This document shows, piece after piece, positions 1 through 13,883 of a DNA stretch of 64,000 bases (positions are counted from its first letter, which is position 1; the number at the start of each line of letters is the position of its first letter). The stretch lies in assembly GCA_951406725.2 (NCBI GenBank), contig OX597821.1:106888001-106952000 (forward strand), written 5' to 3'. The notes below the pieces were generated by a model, which saw nothing but the letters and a program-made list of their open reading frames with translations, had not been told where the DNA came from and searched no databases. Position numbers and translations under genes: made by a program. This DNA comes from Octopus vulgaris (taxonomy: Eukaryota).

Positions 1-144
1 AAATGTCTCATAAACACCTTCCACGCTGCAATTGTTTTCGTTCCAGCACACGATCTATAATACAGGGTAAAATAAATAAATTAATAATTAATAATTTTAC
101 CAAGTAGACAGTACGTTAAAATTACCTTTTTATGTGAATTATAC

Positions 145-692
145 ATACTATTTTGTAATTATATATATAATTATAATCAGGAGTCAGCTTATTGATTCGC
201 CACGTACTGAATTAGAAATAGACGCTAATATCTTTACAACTACTATAAATATCTCCGAGACAGTAACACACTTTTTACTCCCTGATCGAATCTACAGTTT
301 TCTGCAGGAGTTTTCGTAATACGCGCGTGGATATAATGGATAAATATGTAATCACATTCGGTTGTATATTTTGGGGAGTGCAGTTGAATATGCGATGGTA
401 CTTGATCGCGTACATAGTTAACCCTAACACTCGCAAATTTATACCTCAAAATATCACAATGAGAAGAAATGTAGGTAACTATAATTTACTTTAATTTCGA
501 ATCACATCCGTGGTAAATCGAAATCGAGTGGATTCATCAATTTTTTTTTTGGCTTACAAAAAATGTATGTTACTGTCTCGGAGATATTTATGGTAACTGA
601 AAAGACATTAGCGTCTATTTCTAATTCGGTACGTGGCGAAGCAATTAGCGGAGTCCTGATTATAATTATGTGTACAATTATAGAATATTTTG
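145..692. repeat. Foldback element with about 130-bp imperfect inverted arms (copies at about 21812..22366 and 44958..45510)
   Basis: About 150..275 is the reverse complement of about 560..690. Confidence 0.8.
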
Positions 693-703
693 AGTATATA
701 TAT

Positions 704-900
704 ATATTATATTGAGGGTACTACTATTCCACACGCTAAAGAGGGACCAATGAGGTCATGCGGTCAAAAAAAGAATTTTTTTAATGATTTGCTTTGAAGT
801 TTTGCATTCGGTAAAATTTTGTTTATTTTAGTAGTTTTGACCGCATTGGTCCCTCTTTAGCGTGTGGTATCTAAGAATAGTAGTACCATCAATATAATAT
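704..900. repeat. Inverted-repeat element present only in unit 1
   Basis: atattatattgagggtactactattc...ccacacgctaaagagggaccaatg pairs with cattggtccctctttagcgtgtgg...gaatagtagtaccatcaatataatat. Confidence 0.8.
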
Positions 901-1005
901 AAATAAATATTTTCAAAGTGGAAAAATTTACGGATTTTTTCTCTTACGAATTTTTTCACGCTAACTACTGATAATTTCTTTTAAAGATTTTATTCTCAAT
1001 TGTTA

Positions 1006-1054
<49 letters not shown>

Positions 1055-1689
1055 ATGGATGTATATATGTGTGTATGCGTGTAACGTATGTGTGTGTATG
1101 TATGTGTGTGAGTGTGGATATACATGTTTAGTAGGTGCAGCCAATGGTTCTCCCTTTGGGATTAAGACTCAATGCGTATATCACCAAAACGAATGCCGCG
1201 TATCATTTATTTAGTCCGCCAGTATCTCTAATATTCCAACATCATAAATAATTGGTCCCTATCAAACGGGCCAATGTGCTGTCTATATTGATATCATTGA
1301 AGAAATCGAACACTTGTACACGAAGCATATTGCCTCAATGTAAGAGATCCGTTTGAGAGATACGCCAAAATTTCTACGACTTTGCTCGATAGAACAAAGA
1401 GAAAATTATGCGATTCTATATTTCTGATAGATTCTGAAGCGTTGGTACTAAAAGTTATTTTAATACCTGAACGGATCACCACTGTATAGTGGCAAACAAA
1501 AGATCGAAAGCTAGATACCACAATAGCTTTGTGATTAAATATCCTACCGAAATTCGTAATAGATATACATGAATGAATGTAGATCGTGTCATAATATAAA
1601 GTGATGCCATCGGACACGAAGGATGCGGCGTAGACAGAGGTTATCGAAGGATTCTAGTCGCTTAATATCTTACACCCTCATCGTCCATG

Positions 1690-2034
1690 ACTCGCTGCCG
1701 TAAAGGAGAATCGTTCGCACTAGTGCTTGGTAGAATTCATCTACAAGTGCTTGGAGAATTCATCTACGAAGCAATAGCCCAAGTTCCCCTTCAGGGTTGA
1801 CGAAAGCGATGTGGTGGACAACGAAAAACCTGGTTGATGACAGTCAAGTCTGATCTGGAACCCTATTTAGACCCCCATATCAACGGCGTTCGCTGATGGA
1901 TTAAGGAGTGGTTGGAGACCACGCGGTCGTTAGCCTCAAATCACCAGGTCTGCTCGGTGTTTGTGCAGGCTGCAGCATTGAGGATGAATGAAGTCAGCTC
2001 AACCCACCCCGGATGAATGCTGTCTAAAGACAAG
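1690..2034 (+). mobile_element. RTE-clade LINE 3' fragment (copies at about 23010..23370 and 46190..46550)
   Basis: Degenerate peptide IYEAIAQVPLQG*RKRCGGQRKTWLMTVKSDLE, typical of the RTE ORF C-terminus, followed by a short caaga-repeat tail. Confidence 0.7.
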
Positions 2035-2294
2035 ATATAATATAAACCGACCATCTACCAACTAAAACTTAAGACGATCCTAATTTGCGGAAAGTAAGAA
2101 AACCGAGGGTACGAAATTTGGATTCCATCATTCACCAAGTACCGATGAAAGAAAATGGATCAGCGATAGTGCAGCTATACCAAAGTCGGTGCTCGAGCAT
2201 GACTACAGCCTACACATTGAAAGAAGTAAGAGATGAAACGTAAAAAGAGAAAATTAAGATTTGATATTATGAAGTTATCGTAAAAGATACTCAC

Positions 2295-3245
2295 TGATTT
2301 ATTCAAATGAACTCCACACCAGAACAACAGTATCAAATATATGAAGCACCCTATCATCACCATTGCTAAATATAGGTGAGAGCTGATTTCAATACTTGGT
2401 GAGTCATTTATAATCACGTAAGTTGCAACGCAACTGCAAAGAATGGAAGAAAGTACGATAAATCCTGATGTTAGTTGTAAATATTCATTTACAAATTTCA
2501 ATTTCCTACTCATAATATTATGAGCGTCACATATTTCTGTGATATCTTTGTGCTTCTTGATGAAATTTGAATGGTCGGATTGCTTCTCCGTTACAAATCG
2601 TTCAGCTTCGTTTGCCAACTTGTTGAACTCATAGCTGAGTGTAAATCCGATTAACAAGTCTACGTATAGATCAACTACCAAACAGACAGCGGAAATGCAA
2701 ATAAATGTAGCTTGAATTGTTAAAAACGAAAATTTGAAGACATTGTTTGATATCGGATATGTAAAATATGCCAACAAGTTTTTACTAAAGCATGGCAACA
2801 CGAAATCTATAAATATGTTAGAAAAGGTCGTTACGCATATAAATGCATAAAATACCGTAAATGAATATAAAAGAATTAACTTGCGGCATTTTCTACCTTC
2901 ATTTTCAAGTTTGATTTCGGCAAATTCTTCAGTCAGTAGCTTAAATTTAGATAGGTTGAAGATTTTCAACGAAGTAAAGATATAAATACAAACTCTGAAG
3001 ATGAATTTGTAACTGTACACAAACAGTTCATTAGTATTACTTTTTTTATATTGTGCTAAAGTAACAATGTGACGAACAGGGTTTATAATCACATACGTAC
3101 AGAACAGAATATAAAATGCTTGCAAATAAACTGTTTTAGATTTTGGTGATTTCAATGATGAAACTGTCATACTCGATTGGCTAAAGTGATCAAATTTCTG
3201 AAATAATTCCAGCAGTTTAAAGATCTGAGTTTCTTTCACTTGCAT
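2295..3245 (-). CDS. GRL (gustatory receptor-like 7TM channel) variable first exon type A, copy 1, intact; its constant exons should lie left of the window
   Basis: ATG at 3245; 317 open codons with six hydrophobic segments; ends AAT AAA TCA|GTGAGT (canonical phase-0 donor at 2294); paralogous to exon B (ETQIFKLLE ... LNKS). Confidence 0.85.
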
Positions 3246-3326
3246 AATTCTTAAAATTTTATCTCCTTCAGAGCTTGTTTATGGTAAACAACACATTTTA
3301 AGTAGTTCTTGATAGGTGCGATGACT

Positions 3327-3333
3327 TTTTATA
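3327..3333 (-). promoter_or_regulatory. TATA box (TATAAAA) of exon A1; equivalents at 24506..24512 and 47624..47630
   Basis: TATAAAA about 80 bp upstream of the ATG in all three copies; CCAAT motifs just upstream. The background is AT-rich, so position is the main support. Confidence 0.55.
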
Positions 3334-3741
3334 TTCCCTTGTAAACGTATATGCCAATCAACGCGTCTATTAAAGATTGGGCAGTATAAATTAATTTACT
3401 AGGAACAACGAATCAGTAGCCAAGGAGAGAGATAGAGTTCTTACTAATTTCTTCCATATATTTTGTCAATATCAAGTTCAAATGATGTAGAATGGTCTAA
3501 CTCTAATTAATATTAGCGTTGACTCTGTCAGAGAAATCGAACTAGAAATGCTTATATATCCTTTTAGAGAACATTGTTTGATTTCAAACAACCTATAACG
3601 AATTAATTCACTGATTAATTAATTGATACGGTGCTTTTGTATTAAGAGAATGCATTTGATTTCTTTTCTTTCACATATCAAGCATATGTATTAATTCAAA
3701 ATATATTGTGAAACTCTCTCTTTGTGTGTGTATACATATAA

Positions 3742-3783
<42 letters not shown>

Positions 3784-4803
3784 ATACACAAACACACATG
3801 CAAATATATATATATATAGTACCCTATATCCAGCAATATATCGACCTGTCTATCTACATCTCTCAGTCTCTCTGTCTCAAAATAAGCAACAAGAATGACT
3901 CCGGTAATTTGGAACGATCGTTTCGTACTACATCATTTTATTAGATGTTGTAAGTATTACAACAGTTTTTAAATGATGAGCACTCATCAGACAATTATAG
4001 AGGTTTTCCATTAATACAAAAGTTTTCATATCAAGTAGCAACATTATAGAGAAGGTAGATATATAGACAAAGATGTGGAATTAAATATTAAGAAAATTTA
4101 AGATAGTGGAGCCCATCAACTGACAGACTAAGATTCTGTAGTTCCAGACTACTGTAAGGTTCAGAGAGGAAAGAATAAGTGGAAGAAGACAATAAAGATT
4201 TACTAATTATAGAAATGAGGTAAAAGGGGATTTCAGAGCTCCATATAAGGAATTTATGTAGAAGAGAGCATTGTCACTACTAAATGCCAATTACTACTAT
4301 TTGATGAACAGATTCGGCGCGCGCACATACACTCACAAGACAATGATAAAAAGAAATCTAGACAATTTTTTGTAAGATAATATTTACCCTGCTTGGGGTG
4401 GCCACGTGGGTTTGCCATTTCTAAAAGCCAAGAATCGTTTCCTACTGAAATAATTCACCAACTGCTAAGATGTCTACAGATTTTTGTCTTCTATTTTTCT
4501 TCCTTCTTCCGTTCCTTCTCTTTTCCATTGACACTCTTTCCGATGCAAAAGGACAAATACACACCCGAACTCTCTCTCACTTTCTCCCCATTCCTCACCC
4601 TCTTGTACTATCTTATATCTCTCCCCGCCCCAACACACTCAATAATACTATAAATAGCGACAAATTTCCTGAAAAAGTTAAATCTGATCACTCCACTAAA
4701 GTGGACGCAAGCGCTAATATATGATTTATAATAACATGTTTCATATTAATAAATATCTGTAAATATAAAACCATCTAGATTTCTGAGTACCTTATTTCTT
4801 TTA

Positions 4804-4894
<91 letters not shown>

Positions 4895-5973
4895 TATAGA
4901 AAATGAGAACATTACTATATTACAAAAAAAAACAATAATCATCAGACGAAACGTAATTTTCAACAGATGCTGAAAGTTATAGAATATCTCAAGAATACGG
5001 CAGAGATCTGACTGAAATCTGTCAAAGATGAGCCACCAAGTTGGACGTTGAGGTTGAGAATATAATTCGTGAATATGTGTAACATATTCAGCAACCCGGG
5101 TGAGGTAGGGGTCTGCTAGACTGGTTCTGGGAGTGGAATGTAGGTGATATTTCATTATAATATCCTAAGAGCAACGGGTAACAATGAGGGAACCGAATAT
5201 AAATTAGGGATAAAGAAAGAGGATCAGGAAAAGGGTGAAGAAAAGTGAAAACGTACAAGCCAGCTAAGCATAGGGCCGAGTTTAGGGTTCACTAACTAAG
5301 GTTAAAGCACAAAGAGAGGAGAGCAGAGATACAGAGAATTTAAAGATGTTCTGTGAATATCGGTTGAAATCTTGGGGAGGGTACAAAGACAATCAAATAA
5401 TATGATCTAACTTTTATGGAATTGCAGTGTTAAGATGTATGGTGTTGTATATGGGTTAGTTAGGACCACTTATAATATTAGGACATGTTTGCCTGGAGAG
5501 AGTAAAGCTGCTAGTGATAGCTGAGTACTATTTATCATTGAGGAGTACTAGTTATCAATGAGGAGTTTAAAGTGGATGGGTGTCATATAATAAACTACAC
5601 CTGGTAAGGTGTTATAAGAAATGCCAAGTCGAAAATCATAGAAAGCAGTAGGGAGTTGTCTAATGATTCACAATATGGAATGTTATACAAATACCGTAGA
5701 TCTTATTTAATTAGATAATATAATCACCATTGTGTAAATCACACAAAGCAACTCTGATAAATAGTCGTAATAGGTGTGGATAGTGTGTTGCATTTTTTAT
5801 TTGACAAGCGCAGCACACATAACTGTTTCTTGGTATAAAGATTACGTACCTAGTGGAATTGGAAAAGAAATGACTAGAGTGTGCAGGTTGCTACTTCTAG
5901 GTTAGATATCTTTGCTATGGTTATTGCATAATACAAGGTACATAATACAAGGTACAATGCTTAGTTCTTTCGA

Positions 5974-6200
5974 AGGCGGCGAGCTAGCATAAACGGTAGC
6001 ACGCCGGGCGAAATTCTTAGCAGTATTTCGCCTGCGCTACGTTCAAATTCGGCCGAGGTCGATTTTGCCTTTTTTTCCTTTCGGGGTCGATTAATTAAGT
6101 ACCAGTTACGCACTGGAGTCGATATAATCGACTTAATCCGTGTGTCTGTCCTTGTTTGTCCCCACTGTGTTTAGCCCCTTGTGTGTAGTAAAGAAATAGG
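5974..6200 (+). mobile_element. tRNA-derived SINE with Nin/Deu-type core (octopus SINE-like), 13-bp TSD
   Basis: ggcggcgagctagcat head; ccgaggtcgattttgcct..cctttcggggtcgat..agtaccag core; TSD ttagttctttcga at 5961..5973 and 6201..6213. Confidence 0.85.
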
Positions 6201-7892
6201 TTAGTTCTTTCGATATAGCGTACTATGCAAGTATAGTAAGTGTGGTTAGAAAGTAACGGTAAGATGACTGTATCCTCTTTTCCTTTGGTATTTTGTCCAT
6301 CTTACTTCCTAAAATTGACTTCTTTGAAAGGTCACCAGCCCTTTTCAGAAAATGTGTTTATTTACAAACATGTTGATAGGTGTACAATGGAAAGAAAATA
6401 GAAAGGAGAATGAAAAAAATGCTTCGTAATGAAATTTCAATGAAATGTCCACGTCAAATTGAAAAGAAATATCTGTCTATCTAACTATCTATCTGTCTCA
6501 CTGTCTGTCTAACTATTTATCTATCTAACTACATATCTATCCATCCTTTCCCCCATTGTATATTATTTTTCTCCTCTTACAGGATAGTCCTGAAACCTCT
6601 CTCTCTCTCTCTCTCTCTCTATTTCCCTCCCTTTGGATTCCGCCTTTCTCAAAATCGCCTAAACTTTATACTTGTATAAATATTAGATACGTAAAATCCA
6701 TGAACTATAATTAATACTTGCATAGACTACAAGATGATTTGTACAGTACAAAAGCATATTACGCGTATATGTTTTTATAATTGTATTTATAATTCTCACC
6801 TTAAAAGTTATTTTTTCATATGGTGGCCATTGATAAATTTTCTGATAATATACGCATACATACACATTTATACATATGCAGACACACACATACATACGTA
6901 CATGCATGCATTTATAGGCACACACACACACATACATACACACACACACTGACCCACACATATGCGCACACACAATCAAAACGGAAAGCAGTGTAAATAA
7001 CGGACAGAGTCAACACTATTGAAATGTTTGCAAGACGCAAAGAAAATTTTAGAAACAAAAAAATTAGAAAAAAGTGGGTATATTATAGGTGTGTGTGTTA
7101 TATTATAAGGCACAAAAAGAAAATGACTCTCCCCAGACACAACAGAATTTATCTTTATATTAGAAGTAAATTCGGCCTGATCGCTTAGCCAGCGGGGTCG
7201 GGTCGTTTATGGCTAAAACAATGCGAAGCGCATTGTGACCAGCTATGTGTAGCAACATCTGCTAGCCTGGTCGATCACGTAATCACAGTGATATTAGAAG
7301 TAAATTAATTCTCATTCGGTGCTAACTATATTTTTATCAATTTCTGTTAGCTTGCTTTCCTTCTTTCAATACGTGGTGCAATATTACAGGTGAATATATG
7401 TTATTTGGTCAGACGATTTAGCTTTTTTTTTCAGCAAGTTGGAAATAATTTTTTTTGCTTTGCCCCTATTTACATATATATATACCTACTTATATATATA
7501 TATCCTATATTTTTAGAAGTAGACTTATTACTGCTTGCTATAGGGACTGGTAACCATTACAATCTGTAGCGGCGAAAAGGCAACATGTTGTTCTGAGACT
7601 GAACAAAGAATTTTTATTTTTAGATATAGCTGAGGTACTTTAATGTACATATAATCTTTGCTTCGGCTTTTTCTATAGGTGCATGTAAGTATCTTACTTA
7701 TATTCTGTTGTAAGCTCTAACGATGAAGAACAAATCCTTTATGAGATTAATTCCGAAATTGATTCAATATAGAGATAACGAAATTTAAATATTCTAACGG
7801 TTAGTTGCCCGACTTCAGTTCTATTTTTCTGTAGCAAGTGAATTATATGTGTATTGGCTTTGGAATAATCTTCTTTAGATATTGCTTATGAG

Positions 7893-7935
<43 letters not shown>

Positions 7936-7943
7936 TATATATA

Positions 7944-7999
<56 letters not shown>

Positions 8000-8002
<3 letters not shown>

Positions 8003-8760
8003 TAAAGGATAAAATTTTTGGGAAAAAATTCTATCTTTGGCCAGCATATTAAAAGATACCTTCAAAGGTTAAATTTATAAACAACATATAAACAAGGGCA
8101 AAAGAAAAGAATTATAATGCCAAATATGCCGAAAATTGACTAATCGTCAATAACCATATAATTCAGCACTATATACGCGTCTCGAAGTAAACCGACAGAC
8201 ATTTCTAAAAAAATTCCGTTATTATCTTATCGGCCCCGATTTCAGAGGTAATTCATACGAATTTTCTCCTCGTCAGTAATAAATACGATAGGAAATAAAT
8301 GAAATACTTACATATACCCATGGAAGAAGCAAACACTAAGTCATGAGCACAATTAAGTACCCCAAATATAGCCAAAATAGAAATTTTTCAGCATACCTCG
8401 AAACACGTGCGATCGGACTGAAAACTCTCGTAGAGTGAGAGAGTCCGGTAGTGAACACTATTAAATTTACATCTAATATAGGATGAAATTCTTTGGAAAG
8501 AATTCTATCAATGGCCAGCATATTAAAAAATATCTTTAAAGGTTAAATTTATAAACAAATTATAAACAAGGGTAAAAGATAAAAATTCTTATGCCAAATA
8601 TGCCGAAAATAGACAAATCGTCAATAACCATATAATTCATCACGGCCACGATTTCAGAGTTAATTCATAAGAATCTTCTCCTCGAGAATAAATAAGAATT
8701 GTTTATAAATTTAAACTTTAAAGGTATTTTTTAATATGCTGGCCATTGATAGAATAATTT
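8000..8760 (-). mobile_element. Non-autonomous Penelope-type pLTR remnant with direct and inverted repeats (copies at about 29175..29940 and 52205..52970)
   Basis: About 8020..8165 repeats directly at about 8495..8640 and inverted at about 8700..8755; contains a hammerhead motif. Confidence 0.6.
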
Positions 8761-8849
8761 TCGGCATGTTAAAAGAATCATTATCGGTAAACTTAAACAA
8801 TAATATTTATAATTATGCCTATAAATATAATTAGGGTTCTGCAAAAACA

Positions 8850-8964
8850 TTTGCCTCAACACATACCGAAATTTAGAAATAGCATCCAAGAAAACTAGGC
8901 GTGGTAGGGAAATAGCTAGTTCTCTTGGCTGCTATTTCTAAATTTCGGTATGTGGTGAAGCAAA
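8850..8964. repeat. Long hairpin about 300 bp into the exon B intron (copies at 30041..30155 and 53055..53167)
   Basis: cacataccgaaatttagaaatagc..ccaaga.aactag / ctagttctcttgg..gctatttctaaatttcggtatgtg. Confidence 0.85.
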
Positions 8965-9257
8965 TTAAGGGCAATTCCTTTCGAGTTGCTTCAGATTAAT
9001 CATCAAAAGTTTGGTAACAGTCGAATTGTAATACAGACTGTTATACTCCCACTTATCACATTCTCCAGTTCTAGGAGGATCTCTGAAAATATTTTTCTAC
9101 TTACGATTACATAGTCACTTGACTAATAGCCGAACACTTACTATCAGCCACTAAGATATACAACCTATAATCAACAGCTCTGTTTGATTTCGTTGGTTTC
9201 CTAAAAATACAAATATTAGACAGAACTGATATCAAATAAATATCATATAATACTTAC

Positions 9258-10208
9258 CGATTTATTTAAACGAATTCCACTCCAAATCATTATGATCTCA
9301 TACATCAGATAATATGATGCGGTAGATATTAAGAAAATAAAATTATGTAATTTATTTTCGTATGATTCATTTATAATTCCGTAAGTTGCAATACAACATC
9401 CTATAACACTGCTAAATACGACATATGCTGTGGAAAGACGTAATGATTCATTGAGTAATTTCAGCATTCTACTCAAAGTATCATGAGTTTTACATATTTC
9501 TGTAATCTCTATCTCTCTCTTGAAGAAAATAAACTTCTCTGATTGCTGTTCCTTTACATAGCGTTGAACATCACTCGTCACTTTGTTAAACTCATAATCC
9601 AGTGTGCTTCCGATCATTAGATTTACGTAAAAGTCAAGTTGCAGGGAAGCGAGTGACATGCAGTTAAATGCAACATATAGTGCGAAAACCAGAAGGTGAT
9701 AAGTATTGTTGATTGGTATAGGAAATAGAATGAAACGAATAAAATCTTGACTGGACTGTGTGAATATATAATCTTGAATCATGATAGCAGTTAACGGGAA
9801 CAATATAAATACAAATAGTGATTTATATGAAAAGAATATATTAGAGTTATAGAATTTTCTATCATCTTCTTTAATTTTAAGTTCGGTGAATGCTTCAATT
9901 AGTTGTGTGTCGTTCGGTTTCTTGAAGAGTTTCATCAGACCATACATTGTTAAAAAGATCTGGTAAAATATCGTGTAAATATAAAAAAGTGATTCATCAG
10001 TTGATCTATTTCTCATTTGTATTGCACTAATAGTGTTCAAAATTGGAGCTACAGTCAAATGTAAGCAATACACAGCGTAAAAACTATAGAAAAAGATTGA
10101 GATAAATTTGTGAGATTTTAATGACGTTGTATTCGCAAACGATCTCCAAATATTTATTTTACGATAAAATTCCAGCAGTTTAAAGATTTGTGTTTCATTT
10201 GATTTCAT
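9258..10208 (-). CDS. GRL variable first exon type B, copy 1, intact
   Basis: ATG at 10208; 951 bp; ends AAT AAA TCG|GTAAGT; multi-TM protein with the same length and phase as exon A. Confidence 0.85.
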
Positions 10209-10283
10209 GCTTATTCTAATTTTGTGACATCCAGAAAATTCTTCCCATTTAGCAAACGAAATCCTTAGAATAGAAGAAGCAGG

Positions 10284-10290
10284 TTTTATA
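10284..10290 (-). promoter_or_regulatory. TATA box (TATAAAA) of exon B1; equivalents at 31475..31481 and 54488..54494
   Basis: TATAAAA about 75 bp upstream of the ATG, similar spacing to exon A although the flanks are otherwise dissimilar. Confidence 0.55.
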
Positions 10291-10811
10291 TCTTAATGAG
10301 TTTAATTATCCTTGTATGTGGAATTATAATATAAATTATTAAAATCCAGATATACAATATTGACAGATGCTTGATATTAATTTTGATATTTCATTTAGAG
10401 AAAAAAATGTCTGCAATTAATTTCGGGGGAATCACTAAGATTCTAATATATATGCGCTCCCATATAGATGTTAGATTGTTATGGGTAAAACAAACGTTGC
10501 ATATAATCTGCTACACAATATATTCTCTATTCAAAAGGAAATAGATTTGATTAACTTCCGTAAGATGCATTGACTGTCGACTGCATACAACGGCCCAGTT
10601 ACCTGTATGATTCAATTTGTAATCTATGAAAAAAGCTATTAGTCCTTATATTCGATAAATATACGTCTGTATATGTTGTTTTGCTAATGTTACCTGCATG
10701 TATATACATATAAATATATATATATATACAAACACATATCAAACTATATATATATATATACATACATACGTGTGTGGAGGGTGTTTCTACGTATAAATGC
10801 AGGTACATATA

Positions 10812-10882
<71 letters not shown>

Positions 10883-11696
10883 GTGTGTATGTGTGTGTGT
10901 GCATGTGTGAGGGTATATGTGTGTACGTGTGTGTGTTTGCTGCGACAAGGAACTTTCAATATGAAATTTCCGTCCATCAGGGGGAATTTAATGCATTAAC
11001 GTTATATTGCCGTCAATATATTCCTCGTACATAAAGCATTAATATGCAATACATTTCAATGTGTTATGTTAATAAAACAAATTATTCCTATTGGTACTTA
11101 GATATGTGTACTTAAATCTTTAGTACACTGGCTTATATTGACGACATGAGAGTAGTTGATATTTTTGAACCCTGATATTTCTGAACAAACACACATTTCT
11201 CAACTTGACGAATACGCCTTGAAATATTTAGCGAATGGTTTTGAAGAGTCAAAACAGAATCCCCGGAAAGCTGAATATTATTTCAAAACCCAGAAAATGA
11301 TTTATCCAAGAATCTTCTAGGTTTGCAATGAAGCCCCTTGCTTGTTCTTGTTACCCACTCGGATTCAATTTTTGAGTAATGGCTTCTTCAACAAATCGAG
11401 ATTTTCAAATGATAAAATATGCTTATATTGGGGAAAGGAGACAATGCATTTCTCAAGTTAAGGGACCATCGTGATTACCCAACTTCTCTTAAAAGATTTA
11501 AGCGAATGGAACATGTATCTCAAAGGCAGTAGAAAATTTGAAATAGAATGAAATGTAGATTTAGTTGCGTATTTCTGCATCTGTGCCAATGTATATTTGC
11601 AAGAAAGCGTTGCATACATATAGTGTTGAATTAAATTTAATTCCGTTTTGGGATTGGTTTTGCAAGATTCTTTATATGAGTTCGTGTGTTGAAGCA

Positions 11697-11970
11697 TATT
11701 CTGTTATGCCTGGAGTAAGGCAATTTTGGGGCCTTATTATTTAAACCACTCACCTGTAAAATGTCCACTTATTTCTTATTTCTACTTTCCAAAACATTTC
11801 GTTGGGTGTTGCAACCTTTTCTCTTTGGCAAAAACTATTTAAAAGTTTGCAACACCCAACGAAAATTTTAGGAAAATAAAAGTATGCAATAAGTGAAAAT
11901 TTTACCGATGAGTGAGTTAAATAATAAGGCACAAAAACGAAATGATTCTCCCCAGACACAACAGAATAAA
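11697..11970. repeat. Foldback/MITE with about 120-bp arms (copy at about 32885..33160; solo arm at about 7020..7150, 28220..28350 and 51290..51420)
   Basis: Left half is the reverse complement of the right half. Confidence 0.75.
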
Positions 11971-13844
11971 GTTAATTCATTCGATTGATATTCTGATCTG
12001 TCAAGATGAAGCCGAAGAATCAAAGAAAAGGAGTAATTTTGTTTTTATATGTGAAGCACTAAAAGAATAAAATTATGTTTAAAATCGTATTTATATTTCG
12101 TGAAGAAAAGTAACTGCACATGGATTTTCAAGTGATATGCAAAACGGTTTCTTTGAATTTTATAGCAACAACCAGCGAGGGTGAAATTAAGCCGATGATC
12201 GAAAAAATGGAGTTTGTTTCTATTAAGATTGATGAGACTATACACACTCGAATGAATTCTTAATTGCCATACATTTTGTCATTTGTTTTTGAGAAAAAAA
12301 ATTTCAGGCAAAGTTTTTGAGGTTCGCCGATGTCAGGTTTCAAACTTAGCCAAAACAGCATCGAACAAACTTATGATGGAACGAGCATGATTGCCTAGAC
12401 TTCGAGCTTTAGAATGTCCATAGTATTGGAGTGATTCAGAATTAGAACAGACAAAGGAATTAATTACAATCCAAGATTTTCAGTTTAAAACTTATTGCGG
12501 TTTTTGAAGTAAATATTCAGTGGCCCATGGATTCTGTTTTCGATTCTTCAAAAACGTTCCCAATATTTTTGGAGGCGTATTTCTCAGGTTGAGAAGGTCA
12601 AAAGACAATCTTTTGGTATTGTTGCGGTATGTGTATTTGTTGTATTAGGATGGCTGCATAAACTACAAACAAAACAAAACTCTTAAATATTTAAAACCAG
12701 AGAAGACTGAACATGAATACATAAATTATCAAATCCTCACTGGCGGAGAGACTGGAATACAGGGGTAGACTTATAAGTGATGTCCCAGTCATTAGTTATT
12801 TCCAATACTTAACTGCAAATTCTTGTTGATTCTACGGCCTTGATTTAAAATACCATTGTTTGAAATCTTTGAGCTCAGATTTGTTGACTTGTTGAATCCG
12901 AAGATTTTGCAGGCTTAGTAAAAAGAATTTCGTAAAATACTACAATCATACATACTGCAACAATACTAACCAATTGTCTTTCGAATATATATTTTATTTT
13001 TATTTTTTTTATTTATTTTATTTTATTTAGTTTCAGCTCACAAGGTGTTGCCATGCTGGGGCACCAACATTTGGTGTTGCTACATGATTTTACTTCACGA
13101 ATGCTTTTTAGCAAATGCCATCTGGTGCATGAGAGAGTTCGATGCAGCTGCGCTCATCTGCACGTCCTGCCGAGAAGTTGGTTCATCTGGGATACCTGAC
13201 AAGAAGAGATCCACTTTCATTTTAAAAACCTCTGCATCCACCACATACATGTCTCTGAGGTTCTTCAGGAAGATATTGAAGAGCTGTGGGCCTCGGAAGC
13301 CCAGGCTATCACAGTATCTCGTCCTACATCTTTCACGTATTTTGCTACATTACCTCTCTTTGTTTGAAATTCATCGCAGTATACAATATAATATGGAATA
13401 TAAACTGTATTTTTCTTCTTTTTAATTTGTTTATCAAAATCATTTTTTATTTATATTAATAACAAATTACATATTTTAATAATAAATATTGCATGTTGTC
13501 AAGTAAACCTTAACTCAAACAAATTTAATGGTAAGTTTCAAATTTATATAGTTATGTAAAAATTATTTATGGTATTATCCTCTCCCCCGCCATCTTATTT
13601 TTCTCTCTGAAAAAAATTTCTTCTCCAAGTATCGAAGCCAACCATAAGTTTAAAATCATCAGCTACAAGAACATCATCTCTGCGTGGCCTGAATTTAGTA
13701 GTAGCCACTGAGCTTACCAAGGTGTGTTATTTCTGAAGGGCCGTTGGCAAACTTCTTTGAATGTGTATATGGAGTGAGATGCAGATTCTGGTGCTGTAAA
13801 TGTGGTTGACGTTTTAAAGGGATTGACATTTTATTTCCTCGCTG

Positions 13845-13883
<39 letters not shown>

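Noticed and set aside
1294-1617. Repeated minus-strand ORF MSDGITLY... in the first intron (also 22367..22942 and 45733..46119) as a third variable exon
   Set aside because: No ATG start, no GRL motifs, no NKS-donor, and frames end differently between copies
2175-2294. 3' extension of the 356-aa ORF (VSIFYDNF...) and the equivalent short tails of the B ORFs
   Set aside because: Read-through into the intron past a canonical GT donor; these are not single-exon genes and lack TM7
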